Source of the DNA: Scyliorhinus canicula | Lineage: Eukaryota | NCBI RefSeq assembly: GCF_902713615.1 | Contig: NC_052148.1 | Coordinates: 210,460,263 to 210,524,262, forward strand | Length of the DNA: 64,000 bases | Direction of reading: 5' to 3' | Shown here: positions 22,518 to 36,360 of the stretch, piece by piece | Layout: every line of letters starts with the position of its first letter | Numbering within the stretch: position 1 is the first letter of the stretch | Translations under genes and position numbers: made by a program | The notes under the pieces: model-generated | Seen by the model: only the letters and a program-made list of their open reading frames with translations | What the model was told of the DNA's origin: nothing | Databases searched by the model: none

Positions 22518-23075
22518 GTAGGTTAACTGGACAGATTGTTGAGCCTCACATTTGCAAACAAGATATTCAAGAGATATCACAAACTGTCAGGATGTTCAAC
22601 TAATACTTTAAAACCTTTAATTTGGTTACAGCGGTTTATGACACTCATACTGTAATGCGCATATAAAATCAGAATTGCCTGTTTTATGGGGGTCTCTTTA
22701 GTTAATTGGTTTATTTGACTATTTGTTTTGCTCAAAAGAGTAGAAGCCTTAACTGAAGAGTGGTGAGAGGAATTCCACCATCTCAATTAAAATTGTGTGT
22801 TGAGGCTCATATGTATTAATTTGTGATTTCATCATTGTAGGCTTACATTAAGTTCCAAAAGTTATAAAACATTGAGTGTTTTAAAGCAGACTGGGTAGCA
22901 ATCCAACACTTTGAATCGACAATCTATTTTTCCACGGAATGGTGGAGATGATCTACCAAAGCTCACTGTGAAGCATGGGCAGAAGGAACAGCCATCAAAC
23001 GAAGGATCTACTTGGGATGCATCTTCCTGTAGGTTGTTTCTTGAGCAATATTGTAAGAAACCTGGGTGCAGGTCA

Positions 23076-23078
<3 letters not shown>

Positions 23079-23125
<47 letters not shown>

Positions 23126-23150
23126 CCCCCCCCCCCCCCCCCCCCCCCCC
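23079..23150. repeat. (CT)n microsatellite followed by a poly-C run
   Basis: Directly visible. Confidence 0.95.
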
Positions 23151-26100
23151 GCTCTCCCCAGGAATGACATTGCATGGCAAAACCAAAAGAAGGAAATCCA
23201 AAAAGGAAATACAGTATTTCGTCACAGATGACTTCTTTTCAGCAGAGTTCTTGCTTCTCTTCCAATCCAATATACTAGGATGTGGTTACTGCCTACGATA
23301 ATGTATTATTGCTGGGATAATGCTTCACAAAGGCACAGTTATCCTTCAGGAGTCTGAGAATTTAATGAGTAAGCAGATGTGCCCAGATATTGTATACAGA
23401 AATCAAGATGGTTTTGGGGTCATTAGCGAGTTTCCATCCCTGCGGTACAAATGCATTAGCTATCTCTTCAGAATGTCACTTCGCAACTAAAGTGGCTCAC
23501 TTGAAAAAAGGCTTCTAAGTATGAACCTGACTAATTTTTGTGCTTTTAAAACCATGAATCTGCTTTAATTATTTAGTTTCTTCTTTGGTCAAGAATTTCC
23601 TTGCACCTGCTCTTTGCCACACTTTTAGCAAAGCTATGGTGGTGGACCCTGGACCTGCTCTAATGTTATTCTCATTTGTTTCACTTTTCTTTTGTATCTT
23701 TTATGTCTGATTCCTCCATTTTCATTGTTTAATTTTTTAAAATGTGCCCTCTGTATTCTAACCTACAATTTGGGTATGTATACATTAATGATGCAGACTC
23801 TGTCGTTTTGTCTCAATAGCAAAACAGTTTTAATTTACTAGTTGTTTACATTGCTAATTGATGTATTCAACAATTAATGGCAGGATTTAGAGGACTAATT
23901 TTTGCTCTCACTGTTCATCCCCAATCAAAATCTAGCTCCTCCAGCAAACTTTCCCTGAACCCCTCACTTTGCCACATTGGTAATCAAAATCCCCATTATG
24001 ACCAACGGGCACAGGACCACAACAGGAGAAAAATGACAAAGAAAGATCCAAAGCAAAGATTAAGAAGGCTAGAAGTGAGAAATAGAAAAGGAGAAAATGG
24101 AGAGACGAGCATTTGAGAAAGAGGCAAGCTGTCGAGGAACAGAGATAGTCATAAGAGAAATGGCATAATAAGAGGAGACAGAAAAGTACAATAGCCAAAG
24201 GAGATACAAACTTGAAATTTCATCTGTAAAATCCATTTGGATGGTGTAAAGATCTAGAAAGACAAATGAGGTGGGCCTTCCGTTGATTTCTCACCACCCC
24301 CCCCCCCAGCCACCCAATCCTAATAAATGGCCACTTTAATTTTCCTCCAGTGACCCTGCCACAGTCTGGATCTGCTCACTTTCACCCCTTTTTATTGCCT
24401 GTAGGTAATGGCAGAAGGATGTGGTTTATTAGTCCCCACTATTTTACCTCTATTTATGCTGAGATCACAAGCTCCAACTTTACAAAAAAAGGAATTTGAG
24501 ACCTATGCAGTGTCCAAGAGGTGGGACAGAATGGTGAAAAACAACGGTCACCTTTTCCGCAGGAGTGTACAAGACATTACAATAATGAGTACTGAGTATA
24601 ATGTAGAATGTAGCTGCTTAAGGGAGTGATTTGTGCAAAGAAGAATGGAGGGTCATCACACCTCAGACAAGGAACAAGGTTGAGAGACAGGACATGAATA
24701 ATTAGGAATAACCTCAGCTGTTAACCAAATGTATAAAAGAATATCAGGCTGAGGTGATATATGGGCCTAAACATTTGCACAGATGGAGAGGCCTTTGCGA
24801 AAATGTTGCCAGATCCCAATTCTGGAATACCCACTCCCTAATCTGGCTCCCATCATTTTTGTGGGGAGTGGGTGGTCGGGGGTAGGGAATGAGGGTGCGT
24901 GTAAACAGGTGGCAGTCAAACTTTGGACATTCATGATTTATGGAGGAAGTCGTACATGCTAAAGTGCATCTGCCTTAGTTGATTGATCTTCACAAGTTGG
25001 GAGTGGAAAATAAGCCCATTAGTCCTTTTCCTACAAGGTCTAAACTTACCAAAGTTCTTTGGAGAGTTGGTGTACCCTTTTGGATATGATCCCTGGACAC
25101 CTTTGGGAGAAGTCTGATGCCCTTTGAGAATTTTAAAAGTAACCATGAATGTGTGTAAAAAAGATAAACAAATTAATTGGAATTGTTAAGCTCATTAGAA
25201 CTGTCAAAAGAAGCAGTCAACTTGTCAAAACATTTAAATCACTTGCCCTTTAAATATTTTTTAAAAAACTGTCAAGTGTTGGAAAACAACAGTACTTGCT
25301 ATTTTATTCTCTCTGCTGACATAAACCTGAAATTGCCATTGCCATTACAGGATTAGTGCTGCATGGATGATTTCACAACCGATCATTATTGCAAGAGGGT
25401 TTCCTGTTAGTTTAGTTTGATTGTCAGCTCTAAGTGCTTAAGTCTTTGAAGTGAGACCATGAATACAAATGATTATTCTCAAAAGGGATTAAAGGAAGTC
25501 AAATGTACTTTAAAAAAATAATTAGTGTTTTTTTCAATAGTGGATTAATCAATAGACACTTAAGAAATGTATTTAATCTCCACATAACGCCTGATGTCTG
25601 CCTATGGTGGATACTTGGTGAGTTGGCATGGGATTGTAAGAGCAAACGGTTGTGGGAGGAGGCATCGGTGACCATGGCACCAAATTGGCAGAGGAACAAT
25701 AAAGGGCCATGGGGGTGGGAGGAGGGGCATAAGTTGGTACACAGGATGTAGAATGCTATGAGGGTAGGTGGGGGATCTGCAATTGCATGGGTTTGCATGG
25801 ATGACACATTGTATGTGGCGAAGGTGAGGGGTGCGTCCTGGAGAGTGGTTTCTTTAGTTTCATTCTTTTTTTCACAGCTGGGATGAAGTGCATTTTGGCA
25901 AGCCCGCCTCTACACCTCACAGCCTCTGGTTGCCCTCAAACTCTTTCCAGGGGCAGAGGAATGACTCCCATAACCCCACCTCCCCACAATGAAAATCTGA
26001 ACTTCTGAGGCACTTCATCAGGAGTCGACTTCATGGAGCCAGGAGTTCTCCTGACTCTGCACACCCAACACAGGGAGTGAATGCAGGCCATGGAGTTAGA

Positions 26101-26355
26101 TCCCTGATCAGCCATGATTTGATTGAATGGCAGAACAGGCTCAGAGGGTTAAATCATGTACTCTGTTCCCATGTTCCAATAGGTAGTTCGATCAGTGAAA
26201 CTGTCTTTATCTGTGACCTCTTGTGAGATGAACACTTAACATGCTTGCATTTTTCTGTCTGCTTTTTTAAAAGATAATTCACCACTTAAAATAATTGGAT
26301 TTAAGGCGTGCTCCAAAAAGCAAACAGAAGACTGTCATGCATGTTGTCTCTTGAC

Positions 26356-26389
<34 letters not shown>

Positions 26390-26410
26390 CCACACAATAA
26401 TTTATTGACT

Positions 26411-26771
26411 ATAGATTATCATAGATTATCATAGAATCTACAGTGCAGAAGGAGGCCATTCGGCCCATCGAGTCTGCACCGGCTCTTGGAAAGAGCACCC
26501 TACCCAAGGTCAACACCTCCACCCTAACCCCATAGCCCAGTAACCCCACCCAACACTAAGGGCAATTTTGGACACTAAGGGCAATTTAGCATGGCCAATC
26601 CACCTAACCTGCACGTCTTTGGACTGTGGGAGGAAACCGGAGCACCCGGAGGAAACCCGCACACACACGGGGAGGATGTGCAGACTCCGCACAGACAGTG
26701 ACCCAAGCCGGAATCGAACCTGGGACCCTGGAGCTGTGAAGCAATTGTGCTATCCACAATGCTACCGTGCC
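26411..26771 (-). mobile_element. HE1-like SINE
   Basis: Core, B box and tail motifs; preceded by a poly-C run at 26358-26388. Confidence 0.88.
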
Positions 26772-28552
26772 CGTGCTATAGTCGTTTGCCAGTTGGAGAT
26801 AAAATATGACAAAATTTAGATACGTAAATTGATGTTTTACTCTCTTTGGTCAAATAATCTTAACATGTGTTGCATAGTAAAACTAAAAAAAAGCATCAAT
26901 AATTTATCCTGAAATAATCTGACAAATTTTAAATTAATACTGAGGTATAAGTCAACCTTTGTTATGTTGCTTGTTTAGTCAAAGTCTTTACATGAATACA
27001 AGAAGTAATTTTTGAACCCTGGTTTCAAAAGAGATAATCCACTTCAGAACAATCAGTATGCACTCATCTCTGGTGCCATTTTGGTACGTTTTCTTCCACA
27101 GACAAGAAAGCACCATGCAAAGAGAAAATTTTTGTTTTTGAATCTTGCAAGAACTTGATGCAGGTTTCCCCTTCCAGCCGAGTACGTATTACTGACAGAC
27201 TGGTGGCCTCTGAGAGTCTCAGAGGTACGACCACATGTCCACTGATTGGTTGACATCTAACACAATTTTTGGGCTGGATCTTTCATTATGTGGGGACTGA
27301 CGCATCCATTCAAAACTGGAAGACTGATTTCTGTTCAACACCAGCAAAAATATATTTTCTGCCAGGACAAACCATTTATTTAAGCAAATTATTCCACCAT
27401 TACAGAATATATGCAGATCTTATTTCATGGCCACCAAGAAATGCAATATGTTTAGCTGATAGTTATAAGATAATAAGAAAAGTTGCTGAATAAATATGAT
27501 TTGTCATTATACAAAAGGACAAACCTTTATGTACAAAACTTCTTTCGTTTTATAAGCTTTTTGAAACCCAATCATTTTACCTACAGTTAGTCTCTTAATT
27601 CATTCCCAGCAAACCATTTATTATTTTTATTAATATCAGATGAAAATTTGATATATTATGATCACCAGGCTCAATGCATTCATTTCATCTTTCCCTATAT
27701 TTGTATGATTGATTACTGAACAAATTGAGAATCCTGGGAATTTTTATTTTGCTCAAATGCTCCCACCTGTTTTAGTATTTAACAGTCCCCTGTGCCTCTC
27801 ACTTCCCTACATATTGAAGTAATAAAGCCTATTTCATCATTAAACTGAGTGTCAGAAACAGTCAGCCACTTTTGACCAAATGGACGAACCATCCCGTACC
27901 TGACCTGAGAGATGATGTAGAATGGTGAGAGTTGACTGCCACTCATGGAATGGCTGCTAATAATATTTTTGGCTTTTCTCCCCTGTAGTGAGTTTTGTGG
28001 CTGTTTTATGCAGATTCCAGGAGTTATATCTTCTGTGCTAATATTTGCTTCACCTCTAACACAGTTATACTTTTATTAAGGATTAGTTTAAATAAGCAAC
28101 ATCATTTGCTAAAATGATGCCTCGATCAGTTGGTCTGTTTGAAGTGAACAAGATTTTTTTTCTTCTAGTTCTTAACACCTGCTGGCTTATATTGTGTGCT
28201 TACAAAATGTCCAGATTCATTTAAACATAATGCACTATCAAGCACTTTAAAAATTACACATGATACGAACAAGCAAGACTGAGCTGTCCCTTGCTAAGGA
28301 GACTATAAACAGCTTGGAGCCATTGCCAAATCCAAAAGCTTCTTTTCATGCCTGCTTGATGGATTGGCAATTGTAGGAGAAAGTGCAAGCTTAATAGTGA
28401 ATGGGTATAGCTAAAGCAAAAGGTGTACTATGGGAAGTCGGACCTGTGCTTTAGTTTACCTTTCTGGATGAATACACAGGCATATTTTCATCCTTACCTA
28501 AATGTTTAGGGCTATTAGCTCATAAGTACATATTGTATCATCCTTTTTGCAG

Positions 28553-28678
28553 ATAAAGATGAGTGTTCTAAAGACAATGGTGGCTGTCAACATGAATGCA
28601 TCAATACAGTAGGAAGTTATGTGTGTCAGTGTCGAAATGGATTTGTACTACATGAAAACAAACATGACTGCAAAGAAG
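28553..28678 (+). CDS. TLL1: TLL1 exon (calcium-binding EGF-like domain 2), 126 nt
   Basis: AG/GT boundaries; (D)[41 protein letters not shown]. Confidence 0.95.
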
Positions 28679-28941
28679 GTACGTGTTGTTATTTGTTAAA
28701 CAAGAATAACATACTTATTGTTTGATGGTTAACCCAAAAGGGAACTGGTTAAAATAACTTGGGTATCATTTTCCAGCTGCTTGACACATGCTTCCAAAAT
28801 AGGATATCATAAAAAATCATGCAAACTGACGTACTGTTTCAGAATCATTTGAATAAGAACTAAAACAATGCTGCTTATGTGATTAGCTGTAATGTTTGAT
28901 GTTGGTGTGATGTCAGAAACCTGAATGTAGTCAAAGGCAAG

Positions 28942-29569
28942 GGCTGGGATTCTCCGGTGGGGGGGGGGGGGCGTACCGGCGCCAAAGAGTGGCGTGAACC
29001 ACTCCGGCGTGGGCCACCCGGAAGGTGCGGAATCCTCCGCACCTTCGGGGGCTAGGAATGGTTGGCGCCGTGCCAACCAGCAGCGAAGGGCCTCCGCCGG
29101 TGTGAGTTGGCGCACGTGCAGGAGCGCCAGCTTGTTCCCCGAATCGCTGGCGTGATTCCTGCGCATGTACAGGGCGTTTCTTCTCCCCGCTGGCCATGGC
29201 GGAGCTTTACACAGGCTGGCATGGAGGGAAAGAGTGTCCCCATGGCACAGGCCCCCCCACAGATTGGTGGGTCCTGAACGCGGGCCAGGCCACCTGGTCT
29301 AATTCACGCCGGCGGGACTGGCCAAAAACGGGAAGCCGCTCGGCCCATTGGGGACCGGAGAATCGCCGGGGGGGGGGGGGGGGGGGTTGTCACTGCCAAT
29401 GGCTCCCGACCGGCGCGGCGCAATCCCCGCCCCTGCCAAAAAACCGGAGCCTGAGAATTCAGCAGCCAGCGTCAGAGTGGCGAGGCGGGATTTACGCCGC
29501 CCCCCAGTGATTCACGCCGCCCCCCAGTGATTCTCCAACCCGGCGGGGGGGGGTCGGAGAATCCCGCCT
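28942..29569. mobile_element. GC-rich MITE (probably PIF/Harbinger-related)
   Basis: 14-bp TIRs GGCTGGGATTCTCC / GGAGAATCCCGCCT; 3-bp TSD AAG. Confidence 0.8.
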
Positions 29570-31168
29570 AAGGTCTTTCCAAAGTGTATATTATTAAAGT
29601 GCTGTCTATCAGTTTAATGACAGGACCACCAAAAATACGTTCTGTTCTATCAACATCGTAATTTTGCATGTGGACTGGGGCAGAGTTATGTCAATTTTAC
29701 AACTGTAAAAGATGTTGACAAAGCACTGCATAAATGTCATATATATATATGGATCCAATTTTGCAGTTTACAAAACAGAAACATGGGATGCAGCTACTGA
29801 CTGCTTGTTTTGTGAGACTATTTATGTTCCCTCATCAGTGAATTGGAAAAACATCTCCAGCAGTTGGCACGTACTAATGGATCACTGGGATTAACAACAT
29901 TTGTATAGTTTATAAGGAAATTTCTGTTATTTCTGTTATTATTATTCCTTTGTGGAACTTTAGATAGTGAGGATTACACGACAGATGAGACAGAAGCTTC
30001 ACTTTTATACATAAATTTTATGATCTAAATTATTTTTAAAATAGCAACAAATCTACCATTTGCCTATTTTCGAACAGAAATTGTTGAACAATAATGTTTT
30101 AAAGTTGACATGTTCAATTTCTCTCTTTATATGCACCAGGGCAATAATAAGAAACAATTCAGCATATTTAAATACATATATTTGTGAAAGGCTTTCTGAG
30201 GGCTCAGTGGGTACTACTGACTATTCAAATGCATCACTTCAACCACAAGAACTGCTGCGAAGCTTTCATTTAATAAAAAGTGAAATCAAACAGCGACATT
30301 ACACCACTGAAATTCTGCCTTGGCCTTTCCAACGATTAATCATAGCCTTTGAAAATACAATATTGTAATTTGAAACAGGACTGAAGAAGCCCTCACAAGG
30401 CCCTTTGATATGTGATGGGGTAATGGTTAGTTCTCAGCTTCATCACATCTGTAACAGGAAGGAATATAACAGCTGTTAAATAATGTGCAATGCACAGCTG
30501 AATTTCCAATAGATGTTCCCAGCGGGTGAGGATTCCTGCCAGGAGTGCAAAATTGAAAAAGAAGCCTTATTGTCAATTTATTGCCTAAGTAGTAACAATG
30601 TTTCTTTCAATCCCACAATTCCTATTTTCTCTGGAGAAATAACATAGATACATTTAAAGGGATGCTAGATGGAATAGAAACAACATCGAGGGCCGAAGGG
30701 CCCGTACTGCGCTGTAATGTTCTATGTTCTATAAGTTTAGACAAAGTAGATTGGAAGAAGTATCATGAAGGGTAAAACACCAGCACAGATACTTTGAGCA
30801 CAATTTTTGTCCCATGTAAAAATTAAGCTTTGGGTTTTTGAACTTAATGGATTATTAACATATTAAGAATTGGTGGAACTGTTAATAAAAAAATTGACAA
30901 TATCTGCATGGTACCAGGAAGGTAGAAGGTAGATTAAAAGACGAGGAGAGCTGAATTGAGCTCTGTAGTGTTTATTACGTAGATGTTGCATGGCTAACTA
31001 ATGCTTTGGCAGGCTGCGGCACCCAGGGTCGAATTTTACAGGCCCCAGCGACTTACGTGGCTGTCGCCAAGCCTGCTGCCCTATTAAGGATGATGGCCTA
31101 CCTTGTTAAAGGGAGTCCTGAGCTGTAACTTTTGAGTTATGACAGTTAAAGTCAGCAGATCATGTACT

Positions 31169-32003
31169 GGCCGAGGAAAATCTAACCCAGTACAAAAGCA
31201 AAATATGTTCTAATGATAGGTCATTGACCTGAATATTAACTCGAGCTGGGATTTTCCAGTCCCGCCTTATTCCCACCAAAAGTCAATGAACCTTTGGCTG
31301 CCTCTCCAAATTTTCCGTCCCGTCTGCGCCTTTTTTTCGTGCCATGATTAGGAGTGGAAAATCCTGGCCTCCCGATAGATCATGTAATTTTATTTAATGA
31401 ATCATTTCTTCACTTGAAAACAGTATTAATCATGTGCCTATTTGTTTCCATTCCAAAATTTTATCAAGTATCTTGCCTCACCAAAGAAATTCCAATTTAG
31501 GTTTTCATCTATGCAAAGAAGCCATATGATATTCCTGATCTCAGTTGGCCACATATGTAGAGATATCCAACCATAAGAACGTTTCAGATAAACACGGGGC
31601 AGCATTTTAAACAGAAAATGTTTTTCAGTCCATTAATTTTAATGATGGACAGTTGCGTGCGGTGCACCTAAACTGGGGGAGGGAATGTCAGGCATGTATA
31701 TATGTAAACTTAGCCCTATCTTTCCCCCTTTTAAAGTGAACAAGGTAAATCTTTTGTAAATAGTAACAGAAAATCCTGGAAATACTCAAAGTGGGGCAGC
31801 ATCTGTAGAAAGTAACAGAGGCCGGAATTTTCCAGTCCTAATCACGGCGGGAAAAAAGTCGCAGACGGGACGGAAAATTTGGAAAGGCAGCCAAAGGTCC
31901 ATTGAATTTTGGTGGGAATAAGGCGGGCCTGGAAAATCCCACCTCGAGTGACCTATTGTTAGAACAGATTTTGCTTTTGTACTGGGTTAGATTTTCCTCG
32001 GCC
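31169..32003. repeat. Inverted duplication with arms 31169-31371 and 31818-32003
   Basis: The arms are reverse complements over ~190 bp apart from one ~17-nt indel; each contains a mini-MITE plus its flank. Confidence 0.9.
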
Positions 32004-32009
32004 TGCCAG

Positions 32010-34140
32010 CAGTGAATCTGTATTCCTCAAACACGCAGCAGAGAAGAAAGCAGCAGAGACCCTTTTGAGGGTAGTAGGAGAAAGAGGCCACTACCAGTAA
32101 CCACAATGTAGGACGAAGGGCACAAGAAGTAATACTTGTAATAAAGAAATGGCAATAATTATGGGTGATTTTAATCTACATATAAACTGGAAAAAATGGA
32201 ATTGGCAGCAGAGCCTAGATGAGGTGTTCATAAAATGCTTTTGAGAGAATTGTTTTTGAGCAGCACATTCTTGAACCAACCAGAAAGCAAGTTACAATGT
32301 TACAGGAATAATTAATGTCCTCCGTGATGGCACCACTCGGTAGCAGCAACCACAGTATTAATGAATTTTACATGCAGTTTGAAAGGGAGAAGAGTGGGTC
32401 TGAGATTAGTACTTAAATAAGGGCAACCATGTGGGCATGAAAGTTAAGCGAGTTGAAGTGAACTGGGACCCTGGGCCGGGGGATAGATCAATAGAGAAAC
32501 CATGGCAAACATTTCAGGGGATATTTCGGAATACTCCGAATGATTCTATTCCTACTATAAAGAGAAAGGGGAGGACCTACCATCCGTGGTTAACTAATGA
32601 AGTTAAGGAAAGCATCAAACTTAATGAAAAAAACATACAAATGCGGCATGGTGAGTGACCAGTCGGATGGTTGGTCAGAAAATAAAGAATGGCAGAGAAT
32701 GACTAAAGGTTAATCGGGGAAAGAAATGAGAGAATGAGAGGAAGATAGCTAGAAATGTAGAAACAGACAATAAGAGTTTTTGCAGGTATTTAAAAAGGAA
32801 AATAGGAAGTCAAGTGAGTCTTGTTCCTCTAGAGAGTTAGAATGGGAAGTTAATAGTAAATAATAAAGAAATGGTGTTGAATTGAACAAGTATTTACTTC
32901 TGTCTTTAATATGGAGGATACAAAAAACATTCCAGTAAATTTAAAACTCAGGAGGTGGAACGGAGAGAGGAACTTTGTGAAATTTCAATCATTAGTGGAG
33001 CAGTACTGAGTAAACTGATGGAGCTGCAGGCTGATAAGTCTCTGGGTCCTGAAGGACTTCAACGTAGTGTCTGAAACAAGGTGGTTAAAATTTGCTAGAT
33101 TCTGGAAAAGTTCGATCAGACTAGAAAGTAGTAAATATAGGGCGGGATTTTCCCACCACACTGCCGCATGTTTTTCGGTGGCAGATGCAGCCCGCCAGTG
33201 GGATCTACCATTGCCAACAGGGTTTACCATTGACAGCACCCCTCATCGCCGTGTTGGACCGGGCATTCCCGCCAGCGTGAACAGCCGGTAGGTCCTTCCC
33301 ATAATCTCTTTTTTCAAGAGTGGCACGGTAGCACAGTGGTTAGCATTGTCGCTTCATAGCACCAGGGTCCCAGGTTCGATTCCCGTCTTAGGTCACTGTC
33401 TGTGTTGTGTCTGCACGTTCTCCCTGTTTCTGTGTGGGTTTCCTCCGAGTGCTCCCGTTTCCTCCCACAAGTCCCAAAATACATACTTGTTAGGTAAATT
33501 GGACATTCCAAATTCTCCCTCTGTGTACCCGAACAGGCACCGGAATGTGACAACCAGGGGCTTTTCACAGTAGCTTCATTGCAGTGTTAATGTAAGCTTA
33601 CTTGTGACAATAAAGATTATTAGAAAGAAGGGAGGGAAGCAGAAAATCGGGTGCTCCGGTTTCCTCCCACAGTGCAAAGATGTGCAGGTCAGGTGGATTG
33701 GCCATAATCAATGTGCAGGGGTTACAGGGATAGGGAGGGGAAGTGGGCCTAGATGGAGTGCTCTTTCAGAGAGTTGGTGCAGACTCAATGGGCCGAATGG
33801 CCGCCTTCTAGCTGTAGCGATTCTATGGATAGTCAGTGAGCGTGACATGGGAAGGTGTGAGAATCGATCATTTAAGGAGGTTATAGCTGGGCGCTTAGAA
33901 AAACTCAAGTTATTCAGAAAGAGTCAGCATGATTTTGTGCAAGGGAAATCATGTGTAACCAATTTATTAGAGCTCTTTGAAGGTGCAACATGTGTCGTGG
34001 ATAAAGGGGACCCCGTGGTTGAGTTGTACTTGGATTTCCAGAAGGCATTTGATATAGTGCCACACAAAGGAAAATAAAAACTCACGGTGTAGGGATAACA
34101 TTTCAGCTTGGATAGAAGATTGGCTTGCTGGCAGAAAACA
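32010..34140 (+). mobile_element. Old CR1-clade LINE ORF2 relic interrupted by a MITE and SINEs
   Basis: MGDFN-like motif, HPWLTNEVKESIK, SQHDFVQGKSCVTNLLE, YLDFQKAFD. Confidence 0.8.
33319..33622 (+). mobile_element. tRNA-derived V-SINE with a different 3' tail (TGTGACAATAAAG)
   Basis: Head and core as in HE1; the tail resembles that of the element at 54586-54766. Confidence 0.75.
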
Positions 34141-34250
34141 GGGGCTGGATTCTCCGTTTCAGGGACTATGTCCACTATGCCATCGGGAAAACTGTGGCCT
34201 TTATGCCAGAAAAACTGGTGTCAAAAGGCCAACATATTCACAGCCCTGCA

Positions 34251-35021
34251 GGGGGCGAGCAGGGAACCGTCGTGGGGCTAGCAGGGAGCCATCATGGGGC
34301 TAGCAGGGAGCCGTCGTGGGGCTAGCAGGGAGCCGTCGTGGGGTTAGCAGGGAGCCGTCGTGGGGCTAGCAGGGAGCCGTCGTGGGGCTAGCAGGGAGCC
34401 GTCGTGGGGCTAGCAGGGAGCCGCCGTGGGGCTAGCAGGGAGCCGCCGTGGGGCTAGCAGGAAGCCGTCATGGGGCTAGCAGAGAGCCGTCGTGGGGCTA
34501 GCAGGGAGCCGCCGTGGGGCTAGCAGGGAGCTGCCGTGGGGCTAGCAGGGAGCCTCCATGGGGCTAGCAGGGAGCCGCCGTGGTGCTAGCAGGGAGCCGC
34601 CGTGGGTCGAGCAGGGAGCCGTCGTGGGGCTAGCAGGGAGCCATCGTGGGGCTAGCAGGGAGCCATCGTGGGGCTAGCAGGGAGCCATCGTGGGGCTAGC
34701 AGGAAGCCGTCATGGGGCTAGCAGGGAGGCGCCATGGTGCTAGCAGGGAGCCGCCATGGGGCTGGCAGGGAGCCATCGTGGGGCTAGCAGGGGGCCGCCG
34801 TGCGGCTAGCACGGAGCCATCGTGGGGCTAGCAGGGAGCCATCATGGGGCTAGCAGGGAGCCATCGTGGGGCTAGCAGGGAGCCGTCATGGCGCTAGCAG
34901 GGAGCTGCCGTGGGGCTAGCAGGGAGCCGTCGTGGGGCTAGCAGGGAGCCGTCGTGGGGCTAGCAGGGAGCCATCGTGGGGCTAGCAGGGAGCCGTCATG
35001 GGGCTAGCAGGGAGCTGTCAT
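34251..35021. repeat. 22-bp G-rich minisatellite (GCTAGCAGGGAGCCGTCGTGGG), about 35 copies, inside a MITE starting at 34141
   Basis: Period 22 visible (unit starts at 34321 and 34343); MITE TIR GGGGCTGGATTCTCC at 34141. Confidence 0.95.
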
Positions 35022-36360
35022 GAAGCTCACAGCTCCAGCTGCAGATTCGGCCCCCCGCACGTCCGGGTCAGAGGCCCCGCATGCGCACGGTAGCAGCCTC
35101 GTGGGAATGTGCCGTGCTCCATGGCGGACTCAGACTGCGGAGCTGCACTGTGGAAATAGTGCCCCCTACCGGCCGGGCGCCTGTTGAAAGCGTTCCCCCA
35201 GCGGTTCTCTGCGCTCGATGGGCTGAGTCCCTCCGGCGTCATTTGCGTATTGTCCTACCCGGCGGGACCTCGGCGTTCTAGGTGGGGTGCTCTTTCAGAG
35301 GGCCAGTGCTGACACAATGGTCTGAATGGCCGCCTCCTGCACTGTCGTGATTCTATGGGGAAAAGCGTGGGGAATATGGGAAATGGGTGGGTGTGTTGGC
35401 TCGAGCAGCTTACCTTGGTGTTCAGTGGCGTCCTGGTGGGGGGCAGTGGGAGCTGACTCCAGGGGGGTGCCTCCACGGTGGCCAAGCCCGCGATCTGGGG
35501 CAACCGATCGGCGGGCGGGCTCATTCTGGGGGCGCCTATGTTCCTCCGCGCCGAGCCCCTTAGTGCTCGGCCATATTGCCTGGGGGCCGGCACGGAGACG
35601 GCCGTGGTGCATATGCGTGAACCCACGCCAACCGTAGCGGGAGCATGCGCTTACCCAGGCCGGCTGTGGTGGGTCGGCTTTCGGCGCCAGAGCAGCACTC
35701 CGGCGCCGTTCTAACCCCCGAGGAAGGGGTGAATGCCTGGGCCCAGAGGCCCGTTGATGCCGGCGTCAACACGTGTCTCTCAGCCAATAATACATTTAAT
35801 GAGGAATTTGACCAGGCACTATTTTCATCCCTCCACTGAGTCTGCCCAGTGCCATGAAAATCCAGCTCTGTATGTCTAATTGCTGCCTTCCCAGAACTTT
35901 CACCCAATGTGCAACTGGGCTTGTGCCTGTCACTGATTTCAGGTTTGTACTAAAGTAAAGTGGGCAAGGTTATTCACAGCCTCTCACATTATAATGCCTA
36001 TGCTTTGGCAAAGAGTTATCCAGACTCAAAACATTAGTTCTGCTCCCTCTTCACGGATGCTGCCAGGCCTGCTGAAATTGCCCACTATTTTCTGTTTTTG
36101 TAAAGGCTATGCTCGTGGGCAATCCAGCATGCAAACATCCAATGAAATAAGGTGCTATGGCCTGGTCTATATGGATCCCTACTGATGGATGGTTTTGCAG
36201 GGATCCCAGATTCAGGCTTAAGCAGAAGAGTAATGTATTTTTATTGATGCAGTCAGAGCCTTTTGGTCTCCAATATATTTTTTAAAAACTTAATGTATCC
36301 AATTCTTTTTCCAATTATGGGGCAATTTAGCATGGCCAATTCACCTACCTTGCACATCTG

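Noticed and set aside
22518-22603. Continuation of the ORF past the TLL1 exon
   Set aside because: Simple readthrough into the intron after a valid GT donor; homology stops at FFS.
23877-24116. Basic ORF as an alternative TLL1 C-terminus
   Set aside because: Nearby AG acceptors give the wrong phase and an early stop.
34251-35021. CRISPR-like array or repetitive protein
   Set aside because: Head-to-tail units without unique spacers, in a eukaryotic context; TAG in a 22-bp unit closes all frames.
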